A DNA stretch of 32,000 bases from Nanoarchaeum equitans Kin4-M (lineage in GTDB: Archaea; Nanobdellota; Nanobdellia; Nanobdellales; Nanoarchaeaceae), in NCBI GenBank assembly GCA_000008085.1, contig AE017199.1, positions 60,001 through 92,000 of the forward strand. The letters are read 5' to 3'. The position numbers were made by a program, and so were the translations under genes. Every line of letters begins with the position of its first letter. Position 1 is the first letter of the stretch. The notes below the pieces were generated by a model. It saw only the letters and a program-made list of their open reading frames with translations. It was not told the origin of the DNA and searched no databases. Below, piece by piece: positions 1 to 12,157 of the stretch.

Positions 1-2
1 TG

Positions 3-233
3 CTATTACAAACAGAGAAGGCCCTTAGACTATTGGAACAATATAATACCATAACTATCTTAGTTCCTAGGGAATACACTAAATCCAAAATAAAAGAATT
101 CTTTGAGAAAAAAGGCTACAAAGTTAAAAAAGTTAACACTTTAATAACAAAGAAAGGGCTAAAAAAGGCATATGTCAGATTTAAAGAGGAAGGTGTAGCT
201 AGAAAAGTAGCCGAAGAGTTGGGAGGTTTATAA
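3..233 (+). CDS. rpl23: Ribosomal protein uL23 (L23), 5'-truncated by window edge
   Basis: The frame is open from nt 3 (LLQTEKALRLLEQYNTITILV...), so the TTG at 33 is not the real start. The sequence ...KVKKVNTLITKKGLKKAYVRFKEEG... is a typical archaeal L23 C-terminal core. Confidence 0.85.
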   Translation, partial: LLQTEKALRLLEQYNTITILVPREYTKSKIKEFFEKKGYKVKKVNTLITKKGLKKAYVRFKEEGVARKVAEELGGL

Positions 234-254
234 ATTTTTAGTTTTCAATATTTA

Positions 255-470
255 ATGGATTGGAAAGACCTATTAAAAGAAAAAGATCCAAATTTGTTTT
301 TGGCCTTGCAATCTCTATTAGAAGAAGTAAAGGAATATAAAGATATTTATTTAAAAGCAAAAAACCCCTCAATAGCACAATTATGGATAGCTTTAGCTAT
401 TTTATATAAAAAGCATTCTAAAAAGAAGAAAAAAGAAACAATCCCTAAGGATTTGGAGGAAAAATTTTAG
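255..470 (+). CDS. Hypothetical small protein (71 aa) with a Lys-rich tail
   Basis: ORF only, with no recognisable motif. It overlaps the 3' end of the convergent 445-1065 gene by 26 nt. Confidence 0.35.
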   Translation: MDWKDLLKEKDPNLFLALQSLLEEVKEYKDIYLKAKNPSIAQLWIALAILYKKHSKKKKKETIPKDLEEKF

Positions 471-1049
471 CTATAATTGAGAACAAAAAGTAAGGCGCAA
501 AAGGATAACCATCTCTTATTGGAATACTAATATTTGTTTGTTTTAGTTTATTCAAGAGCTTTTTATTTAAAATAGGTTTTTTGTATACTTTATCCCAAAC
601 TATTGTGCCTTCTACTATATCGCCCTCTTCCAAATAATCAGGTTTTACCATTATTATTTTGTTTTTTAGTGTGCCTTTGAAATAATAGAATAATGCTAAC
701 ATAGTAATTAAAATTCGAAACAAAATGCTTTTGTAAAATAGTATTAGGAATAACCATATTTTATTTATGTTAACTAATACATACCACATATACAAATACA
801 AACCGTAAATATTGTTTATTCCTATTGGAGAATAAAACGAATAGGCAATTGCTAAATAATAATCCCCTATGGCGAATAGTTTAGCCTTTGTTGCTATGTA
901 AAATAAAATTGCTGTAACTATTGCTAAACCGATTCTAAACCAATTGTTAGTAACTATATTATATAATAGCATTGTCACTATATATAAATCTACTGACTCG
1001 CTAATTGTTACTTTTTTCTTTATATCTGTTATTGTATAAAGAAGAAAAG

Positions 1050-1065
<16 letters not shown>
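445..1065 (-). CDS. Polytopic membrane protein, possible A24-family (FlaK/PibD-like) prepilin/preflagellin aspartic peptidase
   Basis: Multiple hydrophobic helices. The N-terminal 'TITDIKKKVTISE' resembles the first catalytic-Asp motif of FlaK. 'LFAIGDYYLAIA' resembles a degenerate GxGD motif. The C-terminal 'IPIRDGYPFAPYFLFSII' resembles the conserved PF.P tail. This is a pattern match only. Confidence 0.4.
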
Positions 1066-4144
<3,079 letters not shown>

Positions 4145-4201
4145 ACGAGTAAGCTATAGTTCTATTTAATAATGCTTTAAACAGAATAATATTACCATCG
4201 A

Positions 4202-4999
4202 ATGGGGGAGGATCCCTCTTTCCTAGGAAACAAGAAGTTCTCTATTAATGTATACAAATTACCTACAGGGGATTTGCTAATAATTCCAGATTATATATCG
4301 AAGGAAGCACAGGAGAAATTGCATCAATATTTCGTCGAGGGCATTAATTCATATAAAGTAAGGCTAGAGAAACTATTTCCCGAAGTTAAAGTAAATTCCT
4401 GCTATACTGTTGATGTGTTGCCTTCTAATTGTCCCCATCCTATAGTGCCAATGCTTTCGGTATATCTAAATATAGATCACAAACCCTTTATAATATATGG
4501 TATAGGAGAACATAACGCAGCAAGACATATTGAGGCTTTCCATAAAAAAGTTAATAATAGGTCTTTGCTTACCGGAATAAAAGATCCAAAATATGGTATT
4601 CCAATTAGCTTATCTTGGGTATGGGGAGAAGTTCTAACATGGTTTTTGTCCGATAAACCAGAACTAATGGATTATAGAGATCTTGTATACGCAGATCGCA
4701 TATACAAAATGGATGTTAGCATTGGGCACCATGGAGATATTGAAAGTATTAAACAATTAGAAAAATCTGTAAGGGGAGAAGGGGAGCATGTGGATAATAT
4801 TTTTGGAGTTGCATTAGCCAAACAATTAGATAGGGAAGGGTATGATTTAGAGTATGTAGTAAAAAGAGTAAAAGAGAAGCCTTTCTTAACTTTAGAAGAT
4901 ATGGATAAAATAGAAAAAAGACTATCAATTGATGCTCCATCGATATTGAACATTATAAAAGCAGTGGTCAAAGCAAAAGAAGATCGTAACTACATATGA
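4202..4999 (+). CDS. Hypothetical protein (265 aa), family not recognised
   Basis: Long ORF on the sense strand with no credible competitor. ATGA start/stop overlap with the next ORF at 4996-4999. A TATA-like 'gctttaaac' lies about 22 nt upstream. Confidence 0.6.
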   Translation: MGEDPSFLGNKKFSINVYKLPTGDLLIIPDYISKEAQEKLHQYFVEGINSYKVRLEKLFPEVKVNSCYTVDVLPSNCPHPIVPMLSVYLNIDHKPFIIYGIGEHNAARHIEAFHKKVNNRSLLTGIKDPKYGIPISLSWVWGEVLTWFLSDKPELMDYRDLVYADRIYKMDVSIGHHGDIESIKQLEKSVRGEGEHVDNIFGVALAKQLDREGYDLEYVVKRVKEKPFLTLEDMDKIEKRLSIDAPSILNIIKAVVKAKEDRNYI

Positions 5000-5676
5000 T
5001 CAGGCCTAAAATAATTAAATTATCGGACAAAGACGAATTAATAGCATCTAATCCTAATATAGATAAAGCAACCAAAGCATACAAAATGGCTAAACCACAT
5101 GTAGATACAATTAGAGATTATTTGCCTGCAGAAAGGGGATTATGTATTGCTGAACCACAGTATGTTAAACTATGTTACGGTTATTTAGTGAAATTACCAA
5201 AAGAGTTTTCTATTTTACCATATAAAATAGTTAGAGATGCTGTATATACATCTTTATTGGATAATGGTATTGTTATAGAAGATAGCGAAGAACGAATAGA
5301 GGGCAATACTTTATATAGGGATAAATTTAACGCATCGGCATTGGCTTGGCTATTAACCAAACATGGAAATAATAAAATGGGCTTTTCTAGGGAATATCTA
5401 ACTCTTCGCGAAATGCTCTATACAAACAAAACTATAAAAGGTAGAGAGAAAACCTTTTCTTATGTGCTTGGATCATTATTAGGAAGTGCTTTAGAAAGGA
5501 AAAATGTTGATTTCAGAGATATACTAGATTCTTTACCAATTATAATAGAAGATAGCTTAGAAATAATTGAAGAAGAAAGAGCTAAAAAATATCCATACTA
5601 TAGGAATATATTACCTAACCCACCAGCAAATACATTGAAAGCTTGGGTCGCTTTCTCTAAAAAGTATCTAAGATAA
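4996..5676 (+). CDS. Hypothetical protein (226 aa), family not recognised
   Basis: Translationally coupled (ATGA) to the 4202-4999 ORF. No motif recognised. Confidence 0.6.
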   Translation: MIRPKIIKLSDKDELIASNPNIDKATKAYKMAKPHVDTIRDYLPAERGLCIAEPQYVKLCYGYLVKLPKEFSILPYKIVRDAVYTSLLDNGIVIEDSEERIEGNTLYRDKFNASALAWLLTKHGNNKMGFSREYLTLREMLYTNKTIKGREKTFSYVLGSLLGSALERKNVDFRDILDSLPIIIEDSLEIIEEERAKKYPYYRNILPNPPANTLKAWVAFSKKYLR

Positions 5677-6171
5677 ATTTTTGGCTAAAACCAAAAACCT
5701 TATAAATAATGGCAATAAATAAATGGGGTTTTTCTTGTATTTTTTGGCCAAATCTTTGCATTTATCTCTACAAACAAATTGAACATATTGAGTTAGGTTG
5801 CCTTTTCCTATATGGGATCTTTCCCAGTCTATTAGTATGACCCTTGGCCCTTTAAGGAATATATGTTTTATAGGCCTATGCATTTCTTCCTTTTTTATTT
5901 TAATTAAATCCAAAAAAACCATTATAAAGAAGGTTACTATCAAAGTATATAGTTTTTCCCATGGCTTTAGGTTTAAAAAAGGTTTGCCCGCATTTTCCAT
6001 AATTAGTATAAGCTTTTTATCATCGCTATACAAAAGCTTGGGCATAAACCAAAACCTTTTTGATAGGAAAAATTTTTCTTTTAAATAATTATATTTGTAT
6101 TTGTGTTGCTTTATGGCTATATTTTTGTATAAAATTACTTTACTGTGCTTCCCCGAAATAACAACTACCAT
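5668..6171 (-). CDS. Small protein-kinase-like protein (Bud32/RIO-like layout) with a degenerate catalytic loop
   Basis: The order of elements mimics Bud32. 'ISGKHSKVILY' looks like a Gly-loop. 'IAIKQ' supplies a Lys. 'LILIMENAGKP' looks like a hinge. 'MHRPIKHIFL...VILIDWERS' stands in for HxDLxxxN...IDFG, but the catalytic Asp and Asn positions are not conserved. Confidence 0.3.
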   Translation of the reverse strand: MVVVISGKHSKVILYKNIAIKQHKYKYNYLKEKFFLSKRFWFMPKLLYSDDKKLILIMENAGKPFLNLKPWEKLYTLIVTFFIMVFLDLIKIKKEEMHRPIKHIFLKGPRVILIDWERSHIGKGNLTQYVQFVCRDKCKDLAKKYKKNPIYLLPLFIRFLVLAKNLS

Positions 6172-6709
6172 AATATTCCATAAAGGTTTTCAAATCACTA
6201 ATAGTATAAGGATTAGTAACATCTTCTATTTCTCCATTGTAAGATCTCTTTATTGCATTAATATTTTTGGTTTCACTAATAGGTTTGCCATCAATTAATT
6301 GTATATATTGGTTTAAACCATCTTTATTAAGGCCAATCTGGAAAACCCTATAAGTCTTTACCCCTTCTTTAGTAATTAGTTGGTAATATTTCTCGCATTT
6401 TATATTTATGGGCCACCACCAGCATTTTACTAATAAGTTATACTCTTTTTTGTCTATATATTTTATTTTGAACCACCTTTTACAATAATCCGAAACTAAA
6501 AACTCTTTATAATCATCAAAGCTTTTAGCAGTTTTACATAGGTTTTGGCATAGTACTTTTATTTTTTCTATATCATCAATGCTAAACCCTTTTATTTTAG
6601 AAAGCTGTGATTGGGATTTAGAAAAAAACATAAATACTAGCGATAAAACTAGCAAAGATAATATGGCATAAACAATTAGATGTAGGGATAATTCTATAGA
6701 TCTATCCAA
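6140..6709 (-). CDS. Secreted/membrane-anchored Cys-rich protein (189 aa) with a possible class III (type IV pilin-like) signal
   Basis: The N-terminus MDRS|IELSLHLIVYAILSLLVLSLVFMFF has a short charged leader, then a hydrophobic helix with Glu near its start. The remainder has 7 Cys and a WWW motif. No homology recognised. Confidence 0.5.
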   Translation of the reverse strand: MDRSIELSLHLIVYAILSLLVLSLVFMFFSKSQSQLSKIKGFSIDDIEKIKVLCQNLCKTAKSFDDYKEFLVSDYCKRWFKIKYIDKKEYNLLVKCWWWPINIKCEKYYQLITKEGVKTYRVFQIGLNKDGLNQYIQLIDGKPISETKNINAIKRSYNGEIEDVTNPYTISDLKTFMEYYGSCYFGEAQ

Positions 6710-6866
6710 TTTGTCCCTTTCTAAACTTTATTACGGCCATTCTTGTAAAAACATAATAGCATTTCTTACATCTATATATAGCGCCGGCCATATCCATCAT
6801 ATATGGTTTGAATTGATGAATTACTTCTACTTCTTCGCTACCACATTTAGGGCATACAACTTTCAT
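6702..6866 (-). CDS. Small zinc-ribbon protein (54 aa), below the ORF-track length cutoff
   Basis: My own translation of the minus strand gives MKVVCPKCGSEEVEVIHQFKPYMMDMAGAIYRCKKCYYVFTRMAVIKFRKGQIG*. It has two CxxC knuckles, CPKC and CKKC. It fills the only 'gap' in a tightly packed minus-strand block and overlaps the next gene's start by 8 nt. Confidence 0.55.
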   Translation of the reverse strand: MKVVCPKCGSEEVEVIHQFKPYMMDMAGAIYRCKKCYYVFTRMAVIKFRKGQIG

Positions 6867-6874
6867 TCATAAAA

Positions 6875-7453
6875 CTATGGGTTGTATTTAAATTTAGTTA
6901 TGTCTATAGTGATTGGATTTAGTATATCGAACACATTAGTATGTGTAACAATAATCGCTATCCCTTTGAAATTCTTTAGGTAATCAATTATTTTTTGTAG
7001 ATTATTTTTATCTAAATGTGTTTCCACTTCATCCAATAGCAAAACTTTAGGATTTAAGTTTTTTGTTATTAGAAAGTCAATTATTCTTGATTCGCCCCCA
7101 GATAATTCTTTGAATAGAAATTTGTCTCTAAACCTATCTAATTCAGGATCTTTGATATTTAATGCATACAAAATGTCTTTTAAATAACCTACTTCGTTAG
7201 GCAAAACTTGGGATAAATAGAATATGCCTTTTTTAGCTCTTTCATATAAAGGCAAACCGTGTATTGGTTCTCCATTAAATATTATATGGCCATCTATTTT
7301 GTATTCAGGAAAACCGGCGATAGTTTTTAATAGAGTTGTTTTCCCAGAGCCGTTTGGACCAACTATTTTGTAAAAACCATTAGTAAATTCCAAATCAACA
7401 TTTAGCAATGGTTTATTTTTTACATATATTATACCCTTTATAGATAAATCCAT
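6875..7453 (-). CDS. Stand-alone ABC-type ATPase, SufC-like (192 aa, compact)
   Basis: Walker A 'GPNGSGKTTLLKTIAG', signature 'LSGGESRI', Walker B 'LLLDEVETHLD' and H-loop 'VTHT'. The stretch 'PEYKIDGHIIFNGEPIHGLPLYERAKKGIFYLSQ' resembles the SufC-specific region. No permease or SufB/D gene is adjacent. Confidence 0.7.
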   Translation of the reverse strand: MDLSIKGIIYVKNKPLLNVDLEFTNGFYKIVGPNGSGKTTLLKTIAGFPEYKIDGHIIFNGEPIHGLPLYERAKKGIFYLSQVLPNEVGYLKDILYALNIKDPELDRFRDKFLFKELSGGESRIIDFLITKNLNPKVLLLDEVETHLDKNNLQKIIDYLKNFKGIAIIVTHTNVFDILNPITIDITKFKYNP

Positions 7454-7482
7454 TCAATATAACAATGTTATAGAATATAAAT

Positions 7483-8070
7483 TTATTGGTATTGCGATAT
7501 AATTTTTTGCTTTACCTCTTCGAAATGGTTTGGCAATTGCTCTGGGTCTAAGCCTTCTTTTAAATAGCGAGAGAATTGCTTTTTGTATAGCTCTTCGTTC
7601 TCTTTTAACATTTTCGCGTAATTAGCGATGTGTTCCCCTCTAATTCTATCTTCGCTTGGCAATATAGTTTCGCTATGTGGTATATTTAAACCAGCGTCTA
7701 AAGCACCTTTCAATACTGCATATAAAGCGTTACCTTTTGTGGATTTGTACCTACCTATATCTAATACAGCCTCTTTGTAACCTCTCTTTAACGCTTCATA
7801 CCCAGCAATTAAACCAACCAAATATGCTGATGGTAGGTTTCCTCTATGTCCTTTCCATCCATATTTTTTCAACACATTAGAATGGATAGTAAATATAACT
7901 CTATCTCCTTTAGGATCATATTCTACTAATTGAGCTAAGATATTTGAATTAAACCTTCTTACTACTAACCTGGGTTTGCCTGAAAGTAAAAGCTTTAGCC
8001 TTTTTCTATAGACGGTTTTGCCTTCTCGCCTTCTTCTAAAGGGTACTCTATATCTAGGGCCATGTGCCAT
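7483..8070 (-). CDS. rpl18: Ribosomal protein uL18 (L18/L5e)
   Basis: [39 protein letters not shown]... is a canonical archaeal L18 N-terminus. Confidence 0.95.
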   Translation of the reverse strand: MAHGPRYRVPFRRRREGKTVYRKRLKLLLSGKPRLVVRRFNSNILAQLVEYDPKGDRVIFTIHSNVLKKYGWKGHRGNLPSAYLVGLIAGYEALKRGYKEAVLDIGRYKSTKGNALYAVLKGALDAGLNIPHSETILPSEDRIRGEHIANYAKMLKENEELYKKQFSRYLKEGLDPEQLPNHFEEVKQKIISQYQ

Positions 8071-8090
8071 TCAACGCTTTTCATCAAATA

Positions 8091-8098
8091 TTTATAAA
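8091..8098 (+). promoter_or_regulatory. TATA box TTTATAAA, 26 nt upstream of ATG 8124 (aCPSF1)
   Basis: Read directly. It lies in the spacer between the divergent uL18 and aCPSF1 genes. Confidence 0.5.
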
Positions 8099-8123
8099 GT
8101 ATAAATCCATTGCCTCAACGTTT

Positions 8124-9971
8124 ATGGAGTTACTTGAGGAAATATTCAAATATATAGATAAAAACAAAATAATAGGCTATCGATTCGAAGGGCCAAAAGT
8201 AGTGCTATTTACAAGAGACAAAGAGCTTTTAGTAAAAGCCCCACAGATATTACAAGAGATTGCCAAAAAAGTAAGGAGAAGAATACATATTAGATATGAT
8301 CCAAGACTTCTAAAGGAGGAACCAGAAAAAATAGAAAAACTAATACCAAAAGAAGCAGGATTGCAAAGAATTTATTTCGAAAAGGGAAGGGGCATAGTAA
8401 ATATAGAGGTTTTATTCCCTGAAAAGATAGATTTGAATACAATAAATAAAATAAAAGAAGAAACACTTTGGTTCCCTAGAATATATAGAAGCCCATTGAT
8501 TAGATCGAAAACTATCGATATGGTTAGAGCTTATATGTTCCAACATTCTAACGAAAGAATAAAGCTTTTGCATGAAATAGGTAAAAATATTAGTGAAAAG
8601 TGGTCTATACAAAAAGGACAAACCTGGGTTAGAGTAAGCTTTTTAGGGGGAGCATCCCAAGTTGGGAGGTCTGCATTGTTATTACAAACGAAAGAGAGCA
8701 GAATACTATTAGATTTTGGGGTTGATTTGTCTTTACCTCCAAACAACAAAAATGCTTACCCCATTGTAGAATTGCCAGAATTTGATGTTAAAGAATTAGA
8801 CGCTGTAGTAATTACCCATGCACATTTAGACCATGTAGGATTTGTGCCATTTTTATATAAAATGGGCTACAAGGGCCCGGTATATTTAACACCCCCAACA
8901 TTAGATATCGCTACTCTTAGTTTGTTAGATTATTTAAGAATAGCCAATGAAAACAATGTCAAACTATTTAGCGGGGACGATATAAGAAATTTTGTAAAGC
9001 ATTCTATTACTATAGAATATGGCCAAACTACAGACATCGCTTCTGATGTAAAATTAACTTTTTACAATGCGGGCCATATACTAGGATCGGCATTGGCCCA
9101 TCTAAATATAGCCAATGGTTATTCTAATGTATTATATACTGGGGATTATAAGGTTAAACCAACTTTCCTATTTGATGGTGCTCAAATCCCACAAGCAAAA
9201 GTCAATATCGCTATTACTGAATCAACCTATGGAGATACCTATCATAAACCTAGAGAAGAAGTAGAAAAAGAATTTTTATCATTTGTAAAAGAGGTAATAA
9301 AAAGAAAAGGCAAACTATTAATACCTGTTTTAGGCGTAGGAAGAGCCCAAGAGATATTGTATTTATTGGTTAAATCAATAAGGGCTAACAAATTAGATGA
9401 AGTCCCTATATATTTAGATGGTGTAGTATGGGAAATTACTGCTATACACACAGCTTATCCCGAATATCTCAAAGAGGAAATTAGAAACAAAATATTAGCT
9501 GGGAAAAACCCATTTATTGATAAATTTGTTCATAGGGCTCCAAGAAATAGAGAGGAAATAGTTTATTCAACAGAACCATCTATAATATTGGCTACTTCTG
9601 GTATGCTAGTTGGAGGCCCATCTGTGCAATACCTAAAGCTAATGGCAGAAGATCCTAAAAACGCCATAGCTTTTGTTAGCTATCAAGGGCCTAACACATT
9701 AGGAAGACAAATACAAAGCGGGGTAAGAGAAGTAGAAATAGATGGCCAATTAATAAAAATAAACTTAGAAGTAAGATCTTTTGAAGGTTTTTCTGGCCAT
9801 GCCGATAAAGGGGAAATAGAATCTTTCTTAAGAAGGGTTAGACCAGGCAGAGTAGTAATAAACCATGGAGAGAGAAGCAAAGTATTGCATTTGGCTTCTT
9901 ATTTAAGAAAAAAGCTTAATGTAGAAACCAACGCCCCAAGGAATATGGATGCACTAGCATTAAGGATATAA
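8124..9971 (+). CDS. aCPSF1: KH-domain + metallo-beta-lactamase/beta-CASP ribonuclease
   Basis: N-terminal KH-like region, MBL motif 'VITHAHLDHVG', beta-CASP region, and C-terminal 'GFSGHADKGE...INHGE'. I prefer the start at the ATG at 8124 (MELLEEIF...) over the ORF-track start at 8064. The longer form overlaps the divergent L18 start, and a TTTATAAA box lies at 8091-8098, 26 nt upstream of 8124. Confidence 0.9.
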   Translation: MELLEEIFKYIDKNKIIGYRFEGPKVVLFTRDKELLVKAPQILQEIAKKVRRRIHIRYDPRLLKEEPEKIEKLIPKEAGLQRIYFEKGRGIVNIEVLFPEKIDLNTINKIKEETLWFPRIYRSPLIRSKTIDMVRAYMFQHSNERIKLLHEIGKNISEKWSIQKGQTWVRVSFLGGASQVGRSALLLQTKESRILLDFGVDLSLPPNNKNAYPIVELPEFDVKELDAVVITHAHLDHVGFVPFLYKMGYKGPVYLTPPTLDIATLSLLDYLRIANENNVKLFSGDDIRNFVKHSITIEYGQTTDIASDVKLTFYNAGHILGSALAHLNIANGYSNVLYTGDYKVKPTFLFDGAQIPQAKVNIAITESTYGDTYHKPREEVEKEFLSFVKEVIKRKGKLLIPVLGVGRAQEILYLLVKSIRANKLDEVPIYLDGVVWEITAIHTAYPEYLKEEIRNKILAGKNPFIDKFVHRAPRNREEIVYSTEPSIILATSGMLVGGPSVQYLKLMAEDPKNAIAFVSYQGPNTLGRQIQSGVREVEIDGQLIKINLEVRSFEGFSGHADKGEIESFLRRVRPGRVVINHGERSKVLHLASYLRKKLNVETNAPRNMDALALRI

Positions 9972-9992
9972 TATATAACACCGCTATTTCGT

Positions 9993-11207
9993 ATGAACCC
10001 CAAGGAAGAGGCATTAAAAGTACTAAAAGAAGCAGACGAAGTAGCCAATATAGATGTGTACGAATACCTTAAAGAACCAGAAAGGGTTGTAGAAACTTAT
10101 TTTCCAGCTAGAACAAAGAATGGTATAGAATATTTCAAAGGTTATAGAGTTCAATACAATACCGCTTTAGGCCCCGCCAAAGGGGGTATTAGGTTTAGCC
10201 CCACAGTAACAAAAGAGGAAGTAGAAGCATTAGCACTATGGATGGTAATTAAGAACGCTTTATTGGGATTGCCCTTTGGTGGAGGCAAAGGAGGAGTAGT
10301 AGTAAACCCCAAAGAATATGAAGAATGGGAATTAGAAAACATTGCTAGAGGGTTTGTTAGGTCTATAGCAGAGTTTATTGGAGAAGACAAAGATATTCCT
10401 GCCCCAGATGTGTATACTAATGAAAGAATTATGGCTTATATGATGGATGAATACGAAAAAATAGTAAGACATAAGGCATTTGGAGTTATTACGGGTAAGC
10501 CCATAATTTTAGGGGGTAACCCCGTAAGAAATATTGCCACATCTTTAGGGGGATATTATGTATTAAATGAAGCAGTAAAATTGAAAAAAGTTGAAAACAC
10601 TGTAGCAATACAAGGGTTTGGAAATGCTGGACAAGGTATTGCCAAGCTATTAGATGGCCAATATAAAATTGTTGCAGTAAGCGATTCTAAGGGAGGAATT
10701 TATTGTAAAGATGGGATAGATATAGAAAAACTAATTGAAGTAAAAAAGAAAACCGGCTCTGTTATAAACTATGAAGGTTGTGAAAAAATTACTAACGAAC
10801 AATTATTAGAATTAGATGTTGGCATATTAATTCCCGCTGCAATAGAGGGAGTAATAACAAAACAAAATGCTGACAAAATAAAAGCTAAAATAATATTAGA
10901 ATTGGCTAATGGCCCTACTACAAGGGAAGCAGATAAAATATTATACGAAAAAGGAGTATTAGTATTACCCGATGTATTAGCCAATGCTGGGGGTGTAACA
11001 GTAAGCTATATAGAATGGGTTGGCAACAAAAGAGGGATGCCCTTTAATGAAAAAGAAACAAAGGAATTATTAAAGGAAAAGATGGTACATGCATTTCTAG
11101 ATGTTTTAGAAGTATCGAACAAATACAATATTGACATGCGTTTAGCATCCTATATTATAGCATTAGAAAGGGTAAAGCAAGCTATGCGCTATAGAGGTTT
11201 AATATAG
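9993..11207 (+). CDS. gdhA: Glutamate dehydrogenase
   Basis: 'LGPAKGGIRF' catalytic Lys motif, 'GLPFGGGKGG', and Rossmann motif 'VAIQGFGNAG'. Confidence 0.95.
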   Translation: MNPKEEALKVLKEADEVANIDVYEYLKEPERVVETYFPARTKNGIEYFKGYRVQYNTALGPAKGGIRFSPTVTKEEVEALALWMVIKNALLGLPFGGGKGGVVVNPKEYEEWELENIARGFVRSIAEFIGEDKDIPAPDVYTNERIMAYMMDEYEKIVRHKAFGVITGKPIILGGNPVRNIATSLGGYYVLNEAVKLKKVENTVAIQGFGNAGQGIAKLLDGQYKIVAVSDSKGGIYCKDGIDIEKLIEVKKKTGSVINYEGCEKITNEQLLELDVGILIPAAIEGVITKQNADKIKAKIILELANGPTTREADKILYEKGVLVLPDVLANAGGVTVSYIEWVGNKRGMPFNEKETKELLKEKMVHAFLDVLEVSNKYNIDMRLASYIIALERVKQAMRYRGLI

Positions 11208-11223
11208 TTCTATAAAATTTTGA

Positions 11224-12033
11224 ATGGACAAACTATATTTTGGCCCCGCAGGTATACCAAATAGTGCTGAAAAAAGAGACTTATTAAATGGACTTAAAAC
11301 AGTTAAAAATTTAGGATTAGATGCGATGGAATTAGAATTCGTATATGGTGTAAGATACAACCCAAGGGTTTTACCTTTAGTTAAAGAATTCGCCCAAAAA
11401 AATAATATAGTACTTACGGCCCATGCTCCATATTATATTAATTTAGCTGCAAAAGAAAAGGAAAAAATAGAAAAAAGCATTAAGTATATCCTAGATACTG
11501 CCAGAGTTTTAAATGAACTAAATGGTTATAGCATAGTATTTCATCCTGGCTATTATATGAAAAGAGATCCTAAAGAGGTTTATAAGATAGTGAAAGAAAA
11601 TTTGGCCAAAGTATTAGAAATGGCAAACCAAGAAGGAATCAAAGTATGGATTAGACCAGAAACTATGGATTTACCTTCAAGGTTTGGCTCTTTAGAAGAA
11701 ACGTTTGAATTAGCTAGAGAATTGGGAACATTGCCTTGTATAGATTTTGCCCATCTAAGATATAGATATAAAAACAATAAACCCGAATTCTTTAGACAAG
11801 TTTTAGAAAAATATGAAGAATATTTTGGTAAAGAAGGTTTAAAGAATATGCATATCCATATGTCCGGTATAAACCTAGATCCAAGAGCATCGCACAAAAA
11901 TTTAAAAGAATCCGATATGCCATGGCAAGAAATATTAGATTTACTAAAAGAATTTAATGCTAAAGGAGTAGTAATTAGCGAATCCCCTAATTTGGAAGAA
12001 GATGCTATAATGATGAAAAAATACTATGGATAG
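11224..12033 (+). CDS. nfo: Endonuclease IV-type AP endonuclease (xylose-isomerase-like TIM barrel)
   Basis: 'LTAHAPYYINLAA', 'IVFHPG', 'IRPETM', 'IDFAHL' and 'HIHMSG' are the spaced metal-ligand His/Glu/Asp pattern of Endo IV. The stop codon overlaps the tRNA-Gln 3' end on the other strand. Confidence 0.85.
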   Translation: MDKLYFGPAGIPNSAEKRDLLNGLKTVKNLGLDAMELEFVYGVRYNPRVLPLVKEFAQKNNIVLTAHAPYYINLAAKEKEKIEKSIKYILDTARVLNELNGYSIVFHPGYYMKRDPKEVYKIVKENLAKVLEMANQEGIKVWIRPETMDLPSRFGSLEETFELARELGTLPCIDFAHLRYRYKNNKPEFFRQVLEKYEEYFGKEGLKNMHIHMSGINLDPRASHKNLKESDMPWQEILDLLKEFNAKGVVISESPNLEEDAIMMKKYYG

Positions 12034-12103
12034 CCCCGCCCGGATTCGAACCGGGGTCACGGGGACCAGAGCCCCGCATGCTAGGCCGCTACACCACGGG
12101 GCT
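12032..12103 (-). tRNA. tRNA-Gln (anticodon CUG), 72 nt, no intron, no encoded CCA
   Basis: The minus strand reads AGCCCCG TG GTGT AGCGGCCTA GCAT G CGGGG CTCTGGT CCCCG TGAC CCCGG TTCGAAT CCGGG CGGGGCT. It has a perfect 7-bp acceptor stem, 5-bp anticodon and T stems, a TTCGAAT T-loop and a CT-CTG-GT anticodon loop. The discriminator would be A (nt 12031). Confidence 0.9.
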
Positions 12104-12122
12104 AGTATATTCTTTTAATTCC

Positions 12123-12130
12123 ATTTAAAA
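12123..12130 (-). promoter_or_regulatory. TATA-like box (minus strand TTTTAAAT) at -27..-20 of the tRNA-Gln 5' end
   Basis: Counted directly from the tRNA nucleotide +1 at 12103. The spacing fits transcription starting at or next to the mature 5' end. Confidence 0.5.
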
Positions 12131-12131
12131 C

Positions 12132-12139
12132 TTTAAATA
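12132..12139 (+). promoter_or_regulatory. TATA-like box (TTTAAATA) about 23 nt upstream of the rtcB ATG
   Basis: It lies back-to-back with the tRNA box within a 54-bp divergent spacer. No Shine-Dalgarno-like purine run precedes the ATG at 12158. Confidence 0.5.
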
Positions 12140-12157
12140 GAGTACAAAACCCCAAAA

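Noticed and set aside
8064-8123. N-terminal 20-aa extension of aCPSF1 (ORF-track start 8064)
   Set aside because: It would overlap the divergent uL18 start codon and would include the TTTATAAA box (8091-8098) within the coding sequence. ATG 8124 sits at the standard ~26-nt distance from that box.
12009-12015. ATGATGA near the end of nfo as a C box
   Set aside because: There are no D'/C'/D elements with correct spacing. The sequence is coding (IMMKKYYG).
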